A DNA stretch of 58,927 nucleotides from Clostridia bacterium (lineage in GTDB: Bacteria > Bacillota > Clostridia > Christensenellales > QALW01). Where the stretch lies: the NCBI GenBank assembly GCA_045537705.1, contig JAZSPY010000036.1:1-58927 (forward strand). Reading direction: 5' to 3'. The notes below the pieces were generated by a model, which made no database searches, was not told the DNA's origin, and saw only the letters and a program-made list of their open reading frames with translations. Position 1 is the first letter of the stretch, and every line of letters begins with the position of its first letter. This document shows, one piece after another, positions 36,721 through 48,863 of this stretch. The translations under genes and the position numbers were made by a program.

Positions 36721-36748
36721 AAAAGCACCACAGATGTGGTGCTTTTTT
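36721..36748. terminator. Bidirectional terminator
   Basis: aaaa-gcaccac-agat-gtggtgc-tttttt. Confidence 0.85.
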
Positions 36749-36809
36749 AGTGAATAATGAATAGTGAATAATGAATAATTAAGGTATGGCTTCGCCACAA
36801 ACTTTTTAT

Positions 36810-38648
36810 TTATTTAACTGAAAATACTACTGCTTCACAAGGGGGAAGTTTTTCTAACGAGCCGTAATAAACTTTATCAACGGTAACACCGTTTAAAGTG
36901 ATTTCGGGGTTGATTTCCTTATCAGAAAGGTTTACAACGGTTGTAAAACTCTTATTTTCAATTACAATAGCAAAATCGTTTAATGCAGTAACTTTTTTGC
37001 TGCTGATTAAATCCTTAAAGATTACTTTATAAAGCATATGGCGTTTATCGTTAAATGCATACGCTTTTGTTAACATATCTTCTTCTAATGGACAGTTAAA
37101 GAAAACAACTTTACCTTTGCCGTATGCGTTTTCAAGTAATAATGGATTACCTAAACTATCTTTTGCAAGCGTTTTGGCGGTAATTGGGGCAATAATGCGC
37201 CTTTGATATAACTGGTAGGGTATTTCTTCACCTGCGAAGTTAAAGGTGCCGGTAAGGTCGCTGTTACACTCAATACAGGTAATTGAAAAACCAAAAACTT
37301 CGTGAAGTTCACTAAAGAAGCCATCGTAGTTTGAAACGTAAAGTGTTGCACCATCTTTAACGTATTCTTTTAACTGATCATAATATTCTTTATATAACGG
37401 ACCTTGTGCACGGCAAGAAGGCATAATGTACGCTTTCTTTTTAGGAATAGGTGAATTTGGTGCAACAAATTCAGGCTCTAAACCTGCCTGCTTTGCTAAA
37501 ATAAAGCTCATATAAGCAAGCCCCCAATGGTCAGTATCCTTTGTTAATAAAATAGCACAATCTGTTTCGGGCTTTTCTTGTTTTAAACCGGAACTTTCAA
37601 GCCATTTTGCAAAATCGGTCATCTTTTCAAAATATTTTTTAGGCTTAAAATCAGCATCAAGCAAACCAAGTTCTCTCTCTAACATATTCCAGTTGTAAGG
37701 CGGTGTTGAAAGATGGCTCTGCTCATGTGCACACCACCATAAAACACCGGGGGAATTATATGCCCAGTTCAAGAATAAGCTTGTGTTCATAAACTGACCG
37801 GAAACTTCATCAGAGCATACTGAATAACTTAAAGTACCAAGTTCTTCAACCAAACAAGGTTTTTTGCTTATATCGCTATAAAGGCGTGTTTCAGTTGCGC
37901 CATGCATTAAAGTGCGGATAGAATTGATAGGATCCATTAAACAATGGGGAACAAAGTAAGCGTAGGGATGTGTTGTAAGCATATCTGTTGCTTCACCCTG
38001 ATCCGAAATAAGCCAATGATTATTTTCTGTGTCTTCTGTAACAAGCCCGTGCATACCGCTTATAACCATTCTGTTAGGATCGTTGGCGCGAATGGTGTTT
38101 GCAATTAAAGAAGACCAGTTAAAAGCTTCTTCGCGGCTTTGACAAGAGGACATACAGTTACATTCATTACCTAAGTTCCAGGCATAAATAGCCTTTTTAT
38201 GTTTAAAACGCTTCGCCATACCTGTTACAAGCTTTATCTGAAAACGAATTGAAACGGGATCAGTAAAAGTGTTTTTGCCTTCTAATGCAGGGGGCGCAAA
38301 CATTCTTCCACTCATCCAACCTGTAATGATACCAACAATCAATTTAAAACCGTATTTTTCTGCAAGATCACAGAATTCATTAAAATGATCTAACATTTCT
38401 TCATCAAGATAATAGGGATTTTTAGGCTCTGATAAATCTTTCATTACGTAGCCTTTAACACTGTTCATAGGTCCGTAAAGAGTTGTAACGGGCTGAAAAT
38501 CACGCCAATTGATGAACACACGTAAGGTGTTCACCTTGTTTTCCTTTAAAAGAATAAAGTCCTTTTCAACCTGTTCTTTATCCCATTTTGCCCACATTTC
38601 AATACCAACGTGGCTTGCCCAGTAGTTGCAGCCTATCATAAATTCCAT
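36810..38648 (-). CDS. Clan GH-A glycoside hydrolase (GH5/GH42-like TIM barrel with additional C-terminal domains), cytoplasmic
   Basis: RBS AAGGAG lies 9 nt upstream. GCNYW...NTLRVFINW at the N-terminus and WNLGNE (acid/base NE) are typical of clan A. No signal peptide. The exact family is not determined. Confidence 0.55.
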   Translation of the reverse strand: MEFMIGCNYWASHVGIEMWAKWDKEQVEKDFILLKENKVNTLRVFINWRDFQPVTTLYGPMNSVKGYVMKDLSEPKNPYYLDEEMLDHFNEFCDLAEKYGFKLIVGIITGWMSGRMFAPPALEGKNTFTDPVSIRFQIKLVTGMAKRFKHKKAIYAWNLGNECNCMSSCQSREEAFNWSSLIANTIRANDPNRMVISGMHGLVTEDTENNHWLISDQGEATDMLTTHPYAYFVPHCLMDPINSIRTLMHGATETRLYSDISKKPCLVEELGTLSYSVCSDEVSGQFMNTSLFLNWAYNSPGVLWWCAHEQSHLSTPPYNWNMLERELGLLDADFKPKKYFEKMTDFAKWLESSGLKQEKPETDCAILLTKDTDHWGLAYMSFILAKQAGLEPEFVAPNSPIPKKKAYIMPSCRAQGPLYKEYYDQLKEYVKDGATLYVSNYDGFFSELHEVFGFSITCIECNSDLTGTFNFAGEEIPYQLYQRRIIAPITAKTLAKDSLGNPLLLENAYGKGKVVFFNCPLEEDMLTKAYAFNDKRHMLYKVIFKDLISSKKVTALNDFAIVIENKSFTTVVNLSDKEINPEITLNGVTVDKVYYGSLEKLPPCEAVVFSVK

Positions 38649-38795
38649 AAAAAAGAACTCCTTAAAATATAATTACTTGATTTCATTATACATTTTTTAT
38701 TTTCTGTGTCAATGGTGATTATGCGCTATAAATAAAGGTTTTTTAACAAAATTTCAAGATATTTCATAGTATATTATTGCAGGAGGGGAAAGCAT

Positions 38796-39011
38796 ATGTG
38801 TTGCTCATTTAATTGCAATTCAGGTTGTTCAAACAACAACTGCGGCTGTTCAAACAACTGCGGTTGTTCAAATAATTTCAGCTGTTCAAATAATTTCAGC
38901 AGTTTATTAAGAAGAAATAGCAATTGTATCAGTCTTTTGCCACAAAGAAGATCAAGTGTTGGTTCTAGCTGCACGGGATCAACGATTTTCTACGGAACAA
39001 ATTGTAACTGA
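38796..39011 (+). CDS. Small cysteine-rich protein (71 aa, 12 Cys) built on tandem C-S-N-N repeats
   Basis: RBS AGGAGG lies 9 nt upstream and a terminator follows. The sequence is MCCSFNCNSGCSNNNCGCSNNCGCSNNFSCSNNFSS.... The DNA shows 18-21-bp tandem repeats (tgttcaaacaac.../tgttcaaataatttcagc x2). The track ORF 38774-38974 is its antisense shadow. Confidence 0.65.
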   Translation: MCCSFNCNSGCSNNNCGCSNNCGCSNNFSCSNNFSSLLRRNSNCISLLPQRRSSVGSSCTGSTIFYGTNCN

Positions 39012-39020
39012 TTTTTTAAA

Positions 39021-39051
39021 AAACCGACGTCTTTTTTAAGGCGTCGGTTTT
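39021..39051 (+). terminator. Intrinsic terminator after the Cys-rich gene
   Basis: aaaccgacg with a 12-nt loop, cgtcggttt, then t. Confidence 0.7.
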
Positions 39052-39186
39052 AACGCTTTTTAAAGGGGTTTTAAGAAAAGAGAAGTTTTTTTAAAGGAAG
39101 TTATCATAAAAACACTAAAAATAGCAAAAATAAGGCTAAAAACAGGGTTAAAACGGAAAAAATTAAAATATTTAACAAAAAAACTA

Positions 39187-39215
39187 TTTACACGCGCGCG
39201 CATTTATGATATATT
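39187..39215 (+). promoter_or_regulatory. Predicted gyrB promoter with an alternating CG tract in the spacer
   Basis: TTTACA (39187-39192), a 17-nt spacer cgcgcgcgcatttatga, then TATATT (39210-39215) with an extended-10 TG. It is followed by TA-rich repeats. Confidence 0.55.
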
Positions 39216-39239
39216 ATATATAATATATTATATATATAA

Positions 39240-41216
<1,977 letters not shown>

Positions 41217-41230
41217 GGAAGTGAGAATTT

Positions 41231-43753
41231 ATGGAAGAAAATAATAGAATTATAGATATAGATATTGAGTCCGAAGTTAAAAAATCCTTTATATCCTACG
41301 CTATGGCTGTTAATATCAGCCGTGCGTTGCCTGACGTGCGCGATGGTTTAAAACCTGTTCACAGAAGAATTCTTTATTCAATGTATGAATCAGGTTATAC
41401 CTTTGATAAGCCTACAAGGAAAAGCGCCCGTATTGTTGGTGACGTTATGGGTAAATACCATCCCCACGGTGATTCATCAATTTACGATGCATTAGTTCGT
41501 CTTGCACAGCCTTTCTCCATTCGTTATACCCTTGCTTATGGTCAGGGTAACTTTGGTACTGTGGATGGTGACCCCGCTGCTGCTTCCCGTTACACCGAAG
41601 CAAAACTTTCAAAAATTGCCGGTGAGCTTTTAGCAGATATTGATAAAGAAACCGTTGATTTTTATCCTAACTTTGATGAAACGGAAATGCAACCTCGTGT
41701 TTTACCTTCAAGATTCCCAAACTTAATGGTAAACGGTTCTGATGGTATTGCAGTTGGTATGGCAACAAACATTCCGCCACACAACTTACGTGAAGTTATT
41801 GATGGCGTTGTTGCTTTAATTGAAAATGCTGATATTTCAATTGAAGAACTTATGGAACACATTAAGGGCCCCGATTTCCCAACAGCCGCACAGGTTATGG
41901 GCGTTTCAGGAATCAGGGATACTTATTTAACAGGCAGGGGCAGGATTGTTATCCGCGCAAAGCACGAGATTGAGCAGATAACTGCTGACCGCCAGAGGAT
42001 CGTTATTACTGAAATTCCTTATCAGGTTAATAAAGCAAGGCTTATTGAAAAGATTGCTGAACTTCATAAAGATAAGGCATTTGAAGGCTTAAGCGATTTA
42101 AGGGATGAATCCAATAAAGAAGGTATGCGCATCGTTCTTGAATTAAAGAAGGATGTTAACCCACAGGTTGTATTAAACTTCCTTTATAAGCATACACAGC
42201 TTCAGGATAGTTTTGGTGCAATTATGCTTGCACTTGTTGATGGTCAGCCAAGGGTTCTTAACCTTAAAGAAATGCTTTATTACTATCTTGAACATCAAAA
42301 AGAAGTTGTTACAAGAAGAACAGAATACGATCTTAATAAAGCGCTTGCGCGTGCGCACCTTGTTGAAGGATTCTTAAGGGCACTTGATATCATTGATACA
42401 GTTATTGCTTTAATCCGTTCAAGCCAGACAACTGAAATCGCAAGAAATCGTTTAATGGAAGAACTTGATTTCTCCTTAGAACAGGCAAAAAGCATCTTAG
42501 ATATGCGTCTTCAGCGCTTAACAGGGCTTGAAAAAGAAAAACTTCAACAGGAATTTGATGAATTACAAAAGAATATTGCATATTACCGTGCAATTCTTGG
42601 TTCACCACAGATGGTACTTGATATTATTAAAGAAGAACTTCTTGTAATTAAGGATAAATACGGTGATGACCGCAGAACTGAAATTACCTTTAGTTCTGAT
42701 GAAATTGATCTTGAATCCTTGATTCAGCAGGAAGATATGGTTGTAACCATGACTCACTTTGGTTACATTAAGCGTGTTCCTGCAGATACTTATCGTGCAC
42801 AGAACCGTGGCGGTAAGGGTATTACAGGTATCACCACCAGGGATGAAGATTTTGTTGAAAGGGTACTTGTTGCAAACACCCATACGGATATCTTGTTCTT
42901 TACCACAAAGGGTAAGGTGTTCCAGTTAAGGTGTTATCAGATTCCTGAAGCAGGCAGAACTGCAAAAGGCAGCGCAATAGTAAACCTTCTTAACCTTGAT
43001 GGCGGCGAAAAGGTAACTACCGTTATTGCACTTCCTGAAGGCGAAGAAAACCGCGAAAATATGAATCTTGTTATGGCAACAAGACAAGGCTTTATTAAAA
43101 AGACTGCCTTAAGCGAATATAATATCCGTAAAAACGGCCTTATAGCCATTGTTCTTCGTGAAGGTGATGAACTTGTTAACGTTGAACTTTCTAACGGCGA
43201 GAACGATGTTTTTGTGGCAACAAACAAGGGTAAAGCAATCCGCTTTGAAGAAAAACTTGTTCGTAATATGAGCCGTGCTACAATGGGCGTAACTGCAATT
43301 AACCTTTCTGAAGATGATTTTGTTGTAAATATGGCTATTATAAAGGAAGATTGCGAAGTACTTACTATTACCGAAAACGGATACGGCAAACGCACCGATA
43401 TTAACGAATACCGTATTACAGGCAGAAACTGTAAGGGTATCATTACCCATAATATTAACGAAACCACCGGTAATATCGTTGATATGGTAACCGTTACAGG
43501 TGAAGAAGATATTATGCTTATTACAAACGATGGCGTAATTATCCGTACAAAGATCAATCAGATTCGTACAATGGGCAGAAGCACCCAGGGCGTTCGTGTA
43601 ATGCGTGTTAAAGAGGGCGTTCAGGTTGTTGCAGTTGCCAAAGCACCTGTTGAAGATGAAGAGGCACCCGTTTTAGATGAAAACGGCAATCCTATCATTC
43701 AGGAAGAAACTGTTGAAACTCAGGGAAACACAGAAACAGTAGAAACTCTGTAA
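41231..43753 (+). CDS. gyrA: DNA gyrase subunit A
   Basis: [16 protein letters not shown], the active-site region AASRYTE (with the catalytic Tyr), C-terminal beta-pinwheel repeats and an acidic tail. Confidence 0.96.
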   Translation: MEENNRIIDIDIESEVKKSFISYAMAVNISRALPDVRDGLKPVHRRILYSMYESGYTFDKPTRKSARIVGDVMGKYHPHGDSSIYDALVRLAQPFSIRYTLAYGQGNFGTVDGDPAAASRYTEAKLSKIAGELLADIDKETVDFYPNFDETEMQPRVLPSRFPNLMVNGSDGIAVGMATNIPPHNLREVIDGVVALIENADISIEELMEHIKGPDFPTAAQVMGVSGIRDTYLTGRGRIVIRAKHEIEQITADRQRIVITEIPYQVNKARLIEKIAELHKDKAFEGLSDLRDESNKEGMRIVLELKKDVNPQVVLNFLYKHTQLQDSFGAIMLALVDGQPRVLNLKEMLYYYLEHQKEVVTRRTEYDLNKALARAHLVEGFLRALDIIDTVIALIRSSQTTEIARNRLMEELDFSLEQAKSILDMRLQRLTGLEKEKLQQEFDELQKNIAYYRAILGSPQMVLDIIKEELLVIKDKYGDDRRTEITFSSDEIDLESLIQQEDMVVTMTHFGYIKRVPADTYRAQNRGGKGITGITTRDEDFVERVLVANTHTDILFFTTKGKVFQLRCYQIPEAGRTAKGSAIVNLLNLDGGEKVTTVIALPEGEENRENMNLVMATRQGFIKKTALSEYNIRKNGLIAIVLREGDELVNVELSNGENDVFVATNKGKAIRFEEKLVRNMSRATMGVTAINLSEDDFVVNMAIIKEDCEVLTITENGYGKRTDINEYRITGRNCKGIITHNINETTGNIVDMVTVTGEEDIMLITNDGVIIRTKINQIRTMGRSTQGVRVMRVKEGVQVVAVAKAPVEDEEAPVLDENGNPIIQEETVETQGNTETVETL

Positions 43754-43768
43754 TGGGGGTAAAAAAGA

Positions 43769-44095
43769 ATGTTTAAAAAAATATTAACCATTGTAGGTAA
43801 TATATTTCTTGGGCTTAATACAGGTCTGATTTCACCGTTTATGCCAATATATTTAATGCTTTCATTGATACTTTTTCCGGGTGATCCCCTTAATGCAAAC
43901 ATTTTGGCTGTGTTTGGTTTTATTACTGCAGTAATAACCGCCATCGGCATTTATGTTTATTGCTATAGGAAAAAACGCGAACACGAAGATCTTTCCTTGT
44001 GGGGAATGACCTTGGCTGTAAGCTTTTTAGTAGGCGCTGTTTTAATAAGCGTAATCATGTTTATATACGCAGCAGGCGAAGAATTCAGAATTTAA
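43769..44095 (+). CDS. Small membrane protein (3 predicted TM helices), hypothetical
   Basis: 108-aa hydrophobic ORF starting 15 nt after gyrA. No family recognised. Confidence 0.5.
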   Translation: MFKKILTIVGNIFLGLNTGLISPFMPIYLMLSLILFPGDPLNANILAVFGFITAVITAIGIYVYCYRKKREHEDLSLWGMTLAVSFLVGAVLISVIMFIYAAGEEFRI

Positions 44096-44103
44096 AAAAG
44101 AGA

Positions 44104-44142
44104 ATAAAAAAAGTTCGGAGATTATTTCTCCGAACTTTTTTA
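44104..44142. terminator. Bidirectional terminator
   Basis: aaaaaa-aagttcggaga-ttatt-tctccgaactt-tttt. Confidence 0.85.
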
Positions 44143-44697
44143 TTTTTTATCTTTCTTATCCTTTTCAGGCTTTTTATCCTTTTTATCTTTTTCAGGTTTT
44201 TTGCTTTCCGCGGCGGGCAAAACCATATCAACTGTATATTGGGCACAAGTATAATTTACGCAAGAAGCAATTGCAAGTAAAAGCGCGCCCTTGATAGAGT
44301 GTTCCTTAAGCTCATTAACCGCTTGTTTAGATGCGGATTCATATTGCTCAACAATGTAATTGTAAAAGGAAACAATATCGTTATTTATGCTTTCTGCGTT
44401 TATTATGCTGCTTATAGTTGGTATAGCAAACTGCCTTTTCATTAAACAAATGATTATAAGCCTTGAAATATGTTCCTTTGAATAACGCTTTTTTATTGGT
44501 GCAGGTAACGCTTCCATCTTAACGTAGTTGTTTATCATTGATGGGGTAAGGGTGTCATCCTTTAAAAGATAAGGTTCAAGATACTTTTGCATTAAACTTA
44601 TAACCTGATCCATATATAATTCAAAATCAGGCAATTGTTCCCATCTTGGAAGCGTATGTGCCTCAACTTTTTTTATATATTCGTTTATATCCTGCAT
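44140..44697 (-). CDS. DUF1836-family protein with a lysine-rich repeat tail
   Basis: ATG 44697 follows AAGGTGA (the track starts at 44799). LTPSMINNYVK is typical of DUF1836. The C-terminus reads KKPEKDKKDKKPEKDKKDKK. Confidence 0.6.
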   Translation of the reverse strand: MQDINEYIKKVEAHTLPRWEQLPDFELYMDQVISLMQKYLEPYLLKDDTLTPSMINNYVKMEALPAPIKKRYSKEHISRLIIICLMKRQFAIPTISSIINAESINNDIVSFYNYIVEQYESASKQAVNELKEHSIKGALLLAIASCVNYTCAQYTVDMVLPAAESKKPEKDKKDKKPEKDKKDKK

Positions 44698-44856
44698 AAA
44701 AAAATCACCTTTTTTAAACAATAAATGCATAACATAGTATAACATACCACAAAATAATATGCAAGCACAAAAATAATACAAGCAAAAAACTGTTGACAAA
44801 AGAACTAAAATGATATAATATAGTATTGAAAACTATGTGCAAGGAGATAAAAAACT

Positions 44857-45516
44857 ATGTGTTACGTGCAAGTTTACGGTGATTCAATTTTAAAAGGCGT
44901 TACGTTAGATGAAAATAATGAAAAGTATAAGATAAATAATTTTTTTAAAGATACCGAAGAAATAGAAAACTATTCAAAGTTTGGTTGTACTGTAGAAAAG
45001 GGCAGTGAGATTTTATCAAGAAACCTTCTTAAAGGAAAAACTGCACCCATAGTTTTTCTTGAATACGGTGGCAACGATAGTGATTTTAACTGGGAAGAAA
45101 TCGCAAATAATCCAAACAGCGAATACAGTTCAAAAACACCGATACAACAGTTTGAAGCAAAGTACGTACAGATGATAAAACAGTTAAAAGAAAAAAATAT
45201 TAAACCTGTTTTATGCAACCTTATTCCCGTTGATTCAGAAAGATATTTAGGCTGGATATGCCGTAACGGATTAAACAAAGAAAACATTTTAAAATGGTTA
45301 GGTGATGTTTTTGCAATCTATCGTTATCAGGAACAGTATTCAAGAAAGATAGAGGAAATCAGTTTTAAAGAAAACTGTGATATGATAGATTTAAGGGGTG
45401 CATTTTTAAAAAATCGTAAGATTACGGGGTTATATTCTTTTGATGGTATTCATCCAAGCGTTAAGGGACAAAATATTATTAAAAATGAAATATTCAACTA
45501 TTTAAAAGGCTGTTAA
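44857..45516 (+). CDS. SGNH/GDSL-family hydrolase
   Basis: Block I VYGDSILKG, block III GGND, and block V DGIHPS. Confidence 0.7.
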   Translation: MCYVQVYGDSILKGVTLDENNEKYKINNFFKDTEEIENYSKFGCTVEKGSEILSRNLLKGKTAPIVFLEYGGNDSDFNWEEIANNPNSEYSSKTPIQQFEAKYVQMIKQLKEKNIKPVLCNLIPVDSERYLGWICRNGLNKENILKWLGDVFAIYRYQEQYSRKIEEISFKENCDMIDLRGAFLKNRKITGLYSFDGIHPSVKGQNIIKNEIFNYLKGC

Positions 45517-45617
45517 AAGCCTTTTATTTGTTTTTTAAGGTTTTATTTTTGTTTTTCAATATTTACAAGGAAATTTTATAACGATATAATATAGTCAAGA
45601 AGAAAGGGCGTGCTTTT

Positions 45618-47348
45618 ATGAATATTGATTTATCATACGTTATCGGTATTAAGGAAGATAAGCAATATAAAATTCCTGCAACCGTTAAAAAGGAAAATGG
45701 ATATTATCTTGTAACGGTAAAAAAAGAAGATTATAAAGATGCAGATCGTGTAAATATCTTACCGCAGATTGCGAAAACTGATTGCACACAAGGATATTAT
45801 ATTGTTTCTGATCAGTATAGCGGTATGAAAGTGTTTTTGGATGAAACACAGGATGACCACGATGTTTTATGCCTTCAGGTAGTAAACTTTTACGGCGTAA
45901 AAACACCTGAAAAATGTTTTACCGTATTTATTGAAGGTATGAAGTATGAATCGTATTTTCATTACTACAAAAAGGGAAATGAAAACGGTGCAAACTTTAT
46001 TTTAAGGCTTAAAGAAGAATCCATTGATGCTTATGAAGATATTACTATGATGGTTTATGAAATGGATAAAAATGCCGATTACAACGATATGGCAAAATTA
46101 TACCGTGATTATAAGTACGCAAACGGTTTAAAAACCATAAAACAAAAAAATAAACCTATGGTAGATTATATCAGCGAAGCTCCTGAAATAAGAGTTAGAA
46201 TGGGTTGGAAGCCTGTTCCTGCTGAAATAGAGTATCAAACTGTAGAAAACGAGCCCCAAATGCACGTTGCCGTAACCTTTCAGCAGTTAATGGAACTTAT
46301 GGATAGGGTTAAAGCAAAAGGCATAGAAAAGGCGCAATTCTGCCTTGTTGGCTGGAATAAAAGCGGACATGATGGCAGATGGCCGCAAATTTTCCCGGTT
46401 GAAGAAAAGTTAGGTGGGGAAGAAGGGCTTAAAAAGGCAATAGAGCACGCAAAAAAGCTGGGCTATAATATAGTTGCCCACACAAATTCTTCAGATGCCT
46501 ACACCATCGCAGATTGCTTTGATGAAAATAAAATGGTTAAAAAGGCAGATGGCACAACAGAACTTGGCACTACCTGGAGTGGTGGCAGATTACATAAATT
46601 TTGCGCCCATGAAGCACTTAAATATACTAAAGAAACGCTTCCCCAGGTTCGCGATTTAGGCTTTGAGGGTGTGCACTATATTGACGTGCTTTCCGTAATT
46701 CGCCCGTATTACTGCTATGATAAAAATCATCCCGCAACAAGAAAGGATACTTCACTTTTATGGCGTGAGATGTTTAAACTTTCTAAAGAATTATTTGGCG
46801 GTAGTGCATCAGAAGGCAACTATGATTTCGTTTGTGAAGATCTTGATTTTGCCCTTTACTGCGGATTTGGTAAGTTTACTAAGCCAACAAGAACTGATTT
46901 TAAATATGAGATAATTCCCCTTTGGGAACTTATTTATCACGGCTCAGTTATGGCTTGTCCATCATCAGATTTAGTAAACGTAGGTATTTTAGATAGAAAA
47001 TTGCAGTTAAAGTTTATTGAATTTGGCGGTAGACCTGCCATGTATGTTTATTCAAGATTTGTTCAGGAATCAAAGGATAGGGGTAACTGGATGGGGGAAG
47101 ATGATCTTCGCATTGGCACAAAAGAAGAAATGGAAAGATGTGTTGATGCATTAAAGAAGACCGTTGATTTTTATGAGCCCTATAAGAAGTTGCAAAAGGA
47201 ACGTATGATTAAACACGAAAAATTAACGGATACTTTAGTTAAAGTAACCTACGAAAACGGTGCAAGCGTTTTTGTAAACTATTCAAAAAACGATTGCGAA
47301 ATTGAAGGTGTAACCGTAAAAGCAATGGATTACTTAATCAAATGGTAA
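45618..47348 (+). CDS. Hypothetical protein, possibly a TIM-barrel glycoside hydrolase-like enzyme (DUF5696-like by recollection)
   Basis: 576-aa ORF with a TTTACA-17-TATAAT promoter upstream. It contains the VGWNKSGHDGRWPQ segment. The family call is from memory only. Confidence 0.3.
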   Translation: MNIDLSYVIGIKEDKQYKIPATVKKENGYYLVTVKKEDYKDADRVNILPQIAKTDCTQGYYIVSDQYSGMKVFLDETQDDHDVLCLQVVNFYGVKTPEKCFTVFIEGMKYESYFHYYKKGNENGANFILRLKEESIDAYEDITMMVYEMDKNADYNDMAKLYRDYKYANGLKTIKQKNKPMVDYISEAPEIRVRMGWKPVPAEIEYQTVENEPQMHVAVTFQQLMELMDRVKAKGIEKAQFCLVGWNKSGHDGRWPQIFPVEEKLGGEEGLKKAIEHAKKLGYNIVAHTNSSDAYTIADCFDENKMVKKADGTTELGTTWSGGRLHKFCAHEALKYTKETLPQVRDLGFEGVHYIDVLSVIRPYYCYDKNHPATRKDTSLLWREMFKLSKELFGGSASEGNYDFVCEDLDFALYCGFGKFTKPTRTDFKYEIIPLWELIYHGSVMACPSSDLVNVGILDRKLQLKFIEFGGRPAMYVYSRFVQESKDRGNWMGEDDLRIGTKEEMERCVDALKKTVDFYEPYKKLQKERMIKHEKLTDTLVKVTYENGASVFVNYSKNDCEIEGVTVKAMDYLIKW

Positions 47349-47443
47349 AGAGAAGTTTAAAAACTTCTCTTTTTTATTGATTTTTAATATGTGCTAAGTT
47401 ATAATATAAATAATGTTTTATAAAACGATATGGAGATAATGTA

Positions 47444-48190
47444 ATGGATAGATACGAGATTTTTAACGAAAAACTTAAAAACAGGGAAAAAGTAGTTGGC
47501 CCTTGTGTTCAATGTGCAAATTCAATTATAATTGAAAAAATGTCACAAATAGCAGACTTTCTGGTGCTTGATGGCGAACACGGCGTTTTTAATAACGAAA
47601 ATCTTGTAAATACTTTAATGATTACAAGGCTTAAAAAAGTTACAACGATTGTTCGCGTTGCAGATTGCCGTTATGATTTAATTGCCCGCGCGCTTTATAT
47701 GGGTGCTGATGGTATTATGATTCCAAGATGCGAAACCTTAGACCAAGTAAAAATTGCAGTTGAATCAATGAATTTTTATCCTGATGGAAAACTTGGTTGT
47801 GGTGGACACGGTCAGTTTAAAGAAGGTGAAAATTATTCAAACTTTAAAAGGCACCTTGTTTTGCAGATTGAATCGCCACTTGGCACAAACAATCTTCCCA
47901 AAATGCTTGAACAGTATGGTGAATATATTTCTGCAATTGTTATTGGTCCATATGATTATTCAATATTACTTGATAAACCGGAGCAATTTGAAGATCCTGA
48001 ATTAGTTGAACATATTCAAAAAACCTTTGATATCTGTAAAAAATACAATAAATCAGCAGGCATTTTCGTTGATAATTTAGAAAAGGCTGAACTGTATCAA
48101 AAAATGGGTGCAAACTTTATCTGGGCAGGCACGGATATCAATATGTTTATGTCGGGCTTTAACAGTTTGTACAATTTAATAAAGGGGTAA
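47444..48190 (+). CDS. HpcH/HpaI-family aldolase
   Basis: 248 aa. The layout (LDGEHG ... RV ... ADGIMIPR ... QIES ... IGPYD) matches the HpcH/HpaI aldolase and citrate lyase beta family. Confidence 0.65.
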   Translation: MDRYEIFNEKLKNREKVVGPCVQCANSIIIEKMSQIADFLVLDGEHGVFNNENLVNTLMITRLKKVTTIVRVADCRYDLIARALYMGADGIMIPRCETLDQVKIAVESMNFYPDGKLGCGGHGQFKEGENYSNFKRHLVLQIESPLGTNNLPKMLEQYGEYISAIVIGPYDYSILLDKPEQFEDPELVEHIQKTFDICKKYNKSAGIFVDNLEKAELYQKMGANFIWAGTDINMFMSGFNSLYNLIKG

Positions 48191-48194
48191 GAAA

Positions 48195-48863
48195 TTGTAT
48201 ATTTTTATTGATTTAGATGATACGATCTTAGATTTTTTAAAGGCAGAAGAAGTTGCCTTATCAAAAACGCTTAAAAAATTCAATATTGAGCCAACCAAGG
48301 AAATCATTACCCTTTATTCAAAGATAAACGATAGCCTTTGGAAAAAACTTGAAACAAGCGAAATGACAAGGGAACAGATTCTTGTTGAACGTTTCAGATT
48401 GCTGTTTGAAAGTCTTAAAAAAGAATGTGATTATAACCTTTGTAATGAAACATATAAGGCAAACCTTTCTCAAGGCCACTGGTTCATTGATGGGGCAGAA
48501 GAACTTTTAAAAAGCCTTTATAAAAAGCATAAACTCTATATCGTTTCAAACGGAACAACGTCTGTTCAAAAAGGCAGAATCAAAAGCGCAAATATAGAAA
48601 AATATTTTGATGGCATTTTTCTTTCACAGGAAATTGGTTTTAATAAACCAAACGTAAAATTCTTTGAAAAGTGCTTTGAAAAGATAGGGGATTTTGATAA
48701 AAATAACGCTATTATTTTAGGTGATAGCGTGTCTTCTGATATAAAAGGCGGAATAAATGCAGGGATAAAAACCTGCTTGTATGATCCTAAAAATAAGTTT
48801 TCAGGGGATATTAAACCTGATTATATAATTCACACTTTAGATGAATTTTTAAGTTTGGTATGA
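48195..48863 (+). CDS. HAD-superfamily hydrolase (YjjG-like nucleotidase subgroup)
   Basis: TTG start after aaagggg. Motif I is DLDDT, motif II is SNG, and the C-terminal motif is GDS..SDI. Confidence 0.7.
   Translation: MYIFIDLDDTILDFLKAEEVALSKTLKKFNIEPTKEIITLYSKINDSLWKKLETSEMTREQILVERFRLLFESLKKECDYNLCNETYKANLSQGHWFIDGAEELLKSLYKKHKLYIVSNGTTSVQKGRIKSANIEKYFDGIFLSQEIGFNKPNVKFFEKCFEKIGDFDKNNAIILGDSVSSDIKGGINAGIKTCLYDPKNKFSGDIKPDYIIHTLDEFLSLV

Noticed and set aside
38796-39011. RiPP precursor (TOMM/streptolysin-S-like, SCIFF or lanthipeptide)
   Set aside because: The Cys-rich part starts at residue 2, so there is no leader peptide. No cyclodehydratase, radical-SAM, LanM/LanBC, protease or exporter genes are nearby. 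The neighbours are a glycoside hydrolase and gyrB.
42937-43557. Long antisense ORFs inside well-supported genes. Examples are 42937-43557 in gyrA, 22423-22794 in dnaA, 18319-18675 in serS, 31840-32256 in mgtE, 19516-19917 in the YeiH-like gene and 36162-36488 in pepF.
   Set aside because: They are shadow ORFs opposite strongly recognisable genes. They have low-complexity, Ser/Ile/Phe/Leu-rich composition, no RBS and no independent support.
44140-44210. Lysine-rich KKPEKDKKDKK x2 tail of the DUF1836 protein as a separate feature or mobile repeat
   Set aside because: It is an in-frame low-complexity duplication at the C-terminus, overlapping the A/T runs of the bidirectional terminator. Nothing suggests an independent element.
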